NCBI RefSeq assembly: GCF_031769215.1
Contig: NW_026782486.1
Span: forward strand, 1-64,000
From: Ylistrum balloti
Lineage: Eukaryota
Direction: 5' to 3'
Length of the DNA: 64,000 bases
The first letter of the stretch is position 1, and each line of letters opens with the position of its first letter. The notes under the pieces are model-generated. The model saw only the letters and a program-made list of their open reading frames with translations. It made no database searches and was not told where the DNA came from. The translations under genes were made by a program, and so were the position numbers. Below, one piece after another: positions 60,691-64,000 of this stretch.

Positions 60691-63386
60691 AGATAGTTTG
60701 CTTTCTCCAAAAGGTACATAATTATTTAACAATGAAATCATTGAACAAAATAACAAAAAACGCAAACTACAACAGATATGTTCACAGATGCAATAAGGCA
60801 CATACAACATGATGTAACAGCAAAATGATGGTGTTGTTTCCTCCTGACAATTGTGAGCAGATCCAAGCTGACCAGTGGTCACAAAAGACATAGGATTTGG
60901 TCAGACTGACTAGATACATAAACTAATATGACCTTCCTCTTTTACTGTTAACAGGTGATAAACACAGGAATTGTGGTCTTCAAATGAATTTCGATTTCAG
61001 CTGTTATCTACCTGTTGAGTCATTATGTCCCCTTAACAGTGTCAGCACTGAATGCCCCCAGTGCTCACCTGTATGTATGTCTGCTGGCCTAATTACATCT
61101 TATTACATATTGAATACCTGATCAAACAGTTTCTTATACGATACAGGATCAACAGTCCTACTTTTATCATATATAACCATGTTAATGTAAAACTTCAAAA
61201 TGAATTTTAATTCACTTTTCAAAACTGATACTACTAATCATATAAACCTGAAGTCTCCCTGAGTGATGAGAAGTTTTCATCCTAAGCAAGTGTTTATAGA
61301 CACACAGTGAGGAAGGCCATAGATTTATCTCTAAAGTAAAGGATATCTATCACTGGGTGCTAATCAGATTTATCTCTAAACAATATTTATCACTGGGTTC
61401 TAATCAGATTCATTAAACTCAAACCTAACTACTTATTTATACATAAAATTTTACTATTTCACTCTCCTACACATGTTTCTGTTTGCTTACAGTATATACA
61501 TGATTTTAGGCTTTCCCATCATTTCATTAACGGCAAGAATTATCTTAACACAACATAATACACTGTATTAATTTCTTTGGTGATTCAGTGAAACCGCTGA
61601 ACACAGTACAGTCTTTTCCCACAAAATTTTCTTAATATCATTCAACAGTGAAAGACAATATCATCCATTTAGGAATAAAGAAGAAATCAACAGTATTTTT
61701 AACAATAGAAGATGCCTAATTTGCATAATTACAGTGATGTGAATGAGTAAAATAAGTAATTAACCACAATGCTACAATATAACACTAAGATAGCTTTCTC
61801 TGTGCTGAACCATCACACATGTAAAAAAAATTTACAATATTTTCAGCTATTTTTCACCAAAATTGAAATAAGTAAAATAAAACTAAAAAATTCATGAATC
61901 CAAAGTCCTTTAAATATTAAAATTCAAACCAAAACTTGTCTAACAGTTGAAATTAAAAAACATGAAGTCCTGCAACGGCTGAATTTAAAACCTAAATTCT
62001 TCTAATAGCTGTAGTTAAAACCTAAGCACTCTAACGTTTGAATTTAAAACCTGAAATTCTCAAACGATTGAAATCAAAACCTGAAATCCTCTTCCAATAG
62101 TTGAAATTAAAACCTGATTGTAACAGTTGAAGTTAAATCTATGATAAACCATGGAGCCTCAAAAATTCCCAACAAGAATCTTACTTTAATGTTTAAAAAT
62201 GGGAATCTCAATCTCTTGACCTATAATGACTGTGTATAGGCTTTGATGTAGTACATAAAACAAGTATGTAACACAAATAACATGGGTAGTTTTGTAGGAA
62301 GATCTCAAGTTAACACCTGTAACACACCTGGATTAGAAACTGTATATATGTACAATAGATTTTATCATCTCAGTACCTCCATAGATTTTGAATGAGAAAA
62401 TTCTATTTGAATCCTTTCCTGATATAAAATTTCTTATCTATCTTTTAGATGTGAACATGATCCATCTACAATCAATTGAATTTGCCTGCATTGTGGTATG
62501 ATCTAGTTCAAACACTACAACATATGCTGTACTAAGGTAAAAAAATCAACAAGAAATTTGATTCTTTCAAACAGATATTTTAAAATTTCAATTATATTGA
62601 GCTTATTGTTACGGGAAATCTATAAAATGTTTTATGTTAAAACACACCATAAAAATTCTATTTGATGAGTTATTTGATCAGCAGAATTATAAAGTTGATA
62701 AATATAGTTACAGAGCTTCATACTAATACCATTCCAACGACACCCCTCCCATATATATCTATAGGTAATGTTAACCCTAGTACCTAGGAATGGTGAAGTA
62801 AGTGTTTACAGATCTAAATTTTGTTTTGATCACTACTTTTATCTACAAGTTTGAAATCACATTTAAAGGTTATATAATTTACTGCACACTGGCAGCACCA
62901 CACACTTATATGGCTCTGTGTACTGTGGTGAAGTTATAAAACATAATATATATTTTAAATTAAGATTATAAAGGGAGATAACTGCATTAATGCCATAACC
63001 ATGCGTGGATTTTCATGGGGTTACCCTTGACAGAAGTCCTAAAATGGAACCTTTATCGAGTCCTGGATAAGTGGAATATATTTTGTGGTCCCTTTGACCT
63101 TGGCAAATTTCAGTTTTACAGTACACTTCAAAAGGACTGCCTAAAGGTGTCTGTTACATAATGGAAGGGAGAGAAATTTGACGAAAAAAAAACTTGTCAA
63201 CGCTGTAATGTTGGGCCATATGTTATTGACACATGATGAGAACCCCACTGAATATACATCACATTCTCAATGCCACAGAAATATCAAATATCTATATTTT
63301 CAATTTTAATAATGAACCAGGAAGAAAAATGTCACTTTGAGAGCATATGGAGTGAGAAGAATGCTAAGCTTGCCATTGGCTGGTGT

Positions 63387-63508
63387 CTAGATAACAAGTG
63401 ATGTGCCCCATGATTGGCCAGTGGTTATAATCGCCATGGTAATGGATCTAGATAACAAGTGATGTGCCCCATGATTGGCCAGTGGTTACAATCGCCATGG
63501 TAATGGAT
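63387..63508. repeat. 61-bp tandem duplication
   Basis: CTAGATAACAAGTGATGTGCCCCATGATTGGCCAGTGGTT..ATCGCCATGGTAATGGAT at 63387 and 63448. Confidence 0.92.
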
Positions 63509-64000
63509 GCAAAGTGGTAGTACCAGGGAATGGGGGAATGTATGAGTCCAAATACCTAGTGCTTACCTATCAATTTTATTTGAGATTCTTCAAGCTAATG
63601 GTTTCATTCATTAAATCTACATAATACAATGTATTTATAGATCATTCTCACTCTCATCAACATAGTTAGCTAAATCTATATCTCAACCAGGCATCAATGT
63701 TTTCACATTCTCCTATTTATAAAAAATACATATGCATGCAATTCTCATGTAAATATGGTCTTGGATACTGTGCCCTCGACATGTCTGGTCGCAGCCGCTC
63801 AAACTTTCACACCATGGCAGTCATTTTAAACCCACAAATATTTCTTGATATTATCTTTTAAAGTTTGAAGATGAAAGGACTTACAATACATACTGTTAAG
63901 GCAGAGACACATGTCTGACATTAAGGGTAACTTTCATTCAAATTGGCTGCCATGGTAACAAAAGTCGGCTCCAGGAAATAAACGCTTACACTGCTTGGTT

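Overview
AT-rich eukaryotic (metazoan) genomic DNA. The repeat families and gene style suggest a bivalve mollusc, possibly a scallop (inference). Three intron-containing genes can be rebuilt exon by exon with GT-AG junctions and consistent phases. TAB1 is on the minus strand (7 coding exons, 549 aa). LYRM1 is on the plus strand (4 coding exons, 122 aa), head-to-head with TAB1. A BDH1-like SDR9C short-chain dehydrogenase is on the plus strand (6 coding exons, 374 aa); its catalytic YxxxK motif reads HxxxK. About 20 kb (~31%) of the window is 14 unrelated minisatellite arrays with 22-67 bp units, and these produce nearly all of the long ORFs in the track. Most striking pattern: four arrays inside the genes are amplified splice junctions or begin/end exactly at a splice site. 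TAB1 carries ~19 extra copies of one donor and ~19 of one acceptor, and read-through from either junction meets an in-frame stop within 7 codons. Also present: two decayed Penelope-like retroelements flanked by inverted pseudo-LTRs with hammerhead-ribozyme-like relics, a third RT relic, Helentron/HINE-like repeats, a SINE whose body seeded a minisatellite, and a probable frameshifted GPCR pseudogene. No database searches were possible; all family assignments come from motif recognition.
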